From contig CAZHPN010000144.1 in assembly GCA_964534375.1 (NCBI GenBank), forward strand, positions 1-16,279: DNA of 16,279 nucleotides, written 5' to 3'. This document shows, one piece after another, positions 15,699-16,279 of the stretch. The notes under the pieces were generated by a model. That model was not told the origin of the DNA and did no database searches. It was given only the letters and a program-made list of their open reading frames with translations. Made by a program: the position numbers and the translations under genes. Source of the DNA: an uncultured bacterium (GTDB lineage: Bacteria; Lernaellota; Lernaellaia; Lernaellales; Lernaellaceae). How positions within the stretch are numbered: the first letter of the stretch is position 1; each line of letters opens with the position of its first letter.

Positions 15699-16043
15699 TT
15701 ATTTTCGGCGCGCAGGCTTGTCGAACGGCATCGCCACCGACGCCGTCTTGAACAACTCCATATTTTCGAGCAACGGCATCATCGGCTCCCAAATCGCCGT
15801 TACGGCCGGCGTCTCGTGCGCGATCGCCGAGGCGTTGCTGTTTTTCCACGAGAATTGTTCGAGGAAGGAAACGCGGCCGGTCCGCTTGCTCTCGCAACGG
15901 AAGACGATCGCCGGCTCGTCGGTCGCCAGACCCGCCGCGAAGAGCGCCGGCCAGTGCCGCTCGAGCAGCCGCCGGAACGCGGCCTCTTTGCCTTTTTTGA
16001 TGTGATACATGCACGTCATTTTTACGGGCGCGGCCTTCGGCAT
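15699..16043 (-). CDS. Small hypothetical protein, probable dimeric alpha-beta barrel (ABM-like)
   Basis: RBS AAGGAG before ATG 16043. The pattern YHIKKGKEAAF..LL..HW...FLEQFSW....A..AH..P.V..IW resembles ABM-like proteins. Confidence 0.7.
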   Translation of the reverse strand: MPKAAPVKMTCMYHIKKGKEAAFRRLLERHWPALFAAGLATDEPAIVFRCESKRTGRVSFLEQFSWKNSNASAIAHETPAVTAIWEPMMPLLENMELFKTASVAMPFDKPARRK

Positions 16044-16242
16044 GGCGGTCTCCTTCCGTCTTGGATTGCGACGAAATATAGCCACCGGGCGTTGCGCGGG
16101 CAACGTAGTTTCCGTTGCGGTTTGCGTCAGAAGTTCGGGGAAGAGACCTCGCCGCACTGCGCGACCCTTCCCCAAGCCCCATAGGCGCGGGATCAAGCGT
16201 ATTCGCATTGGCACGCTGTGTTTTTCGCGCAGACCTCTCCCC

Positions 16243-16270
16243 GGAAATTTCGGCTCCCGCCGAAATTTCC
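16243..16270. repeat. Perfect 12-bp inverted repeat (REP-like hairpin), context truncated by the window edge
   Basis: GGAAATTTCGGC TCCC GCCGAAATTTCC. The loop reads GGGA (GNRA) on the minus strand. Confidence 0.75.
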
Positions 16271-16279
16271 TGCCCCTCC

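Noticed and set aside
16075..16130. c-di-GMP-I riboswitch-like look on the minus strand (GCAAACC...GAAA...GCGCAAC)
   Set aside because: The required CC/GG pairing and second stem are absent. Only a 6-bp hairpin (GCAACG/CGTTGC) is supported. An Infernal scan against Rfam would settle it.

Overview
GC-rich bacterial window, possibly from a deltaproteobacteria/Myxococcota-like lineage (inference from the Asp-rich GCGC-tailed protein). It holds 16 complete CDSs in mixed orientation plus a probable partial CDS at the left edge. I found no rRNA, tRNA, CRISPR array or transposase. Many genes point to lipid or hydrophobic-compound handling: an alpha/beta hydrolase, a 3beta-HSD-like extended SDR, an SRPBCC/AHSA1 protein, a nitronate monooxygenase/FabK-like flavoenzyme, an SCP2 protein, two methyltransferases, and a CrtI/retinol-saturase-like oxidoreductase overlapping an FNR-[2Fe-2S] reductase. 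The four most unusual items are: (1) a composite repeat element between convergent genes at 12601-12846, with two inverted 6x7-nt arrays enclosing a 6x9-nt array; (2) a secreted putative alpha/alpha-toroid protein ending in Asp-rich repeats and a terminal GGGCGC with no transmembrane anchor; (3) an internally duplicated protein with one intact and one degenerate HExxE...H site; (4) a lipoprotein with three thioredoxin/GILT-like modules, only the first retaining Cys. Several start codons were moved downstream of the ORF track using RBS evidence. All family calls come from motif recognition by eye, not database searches.
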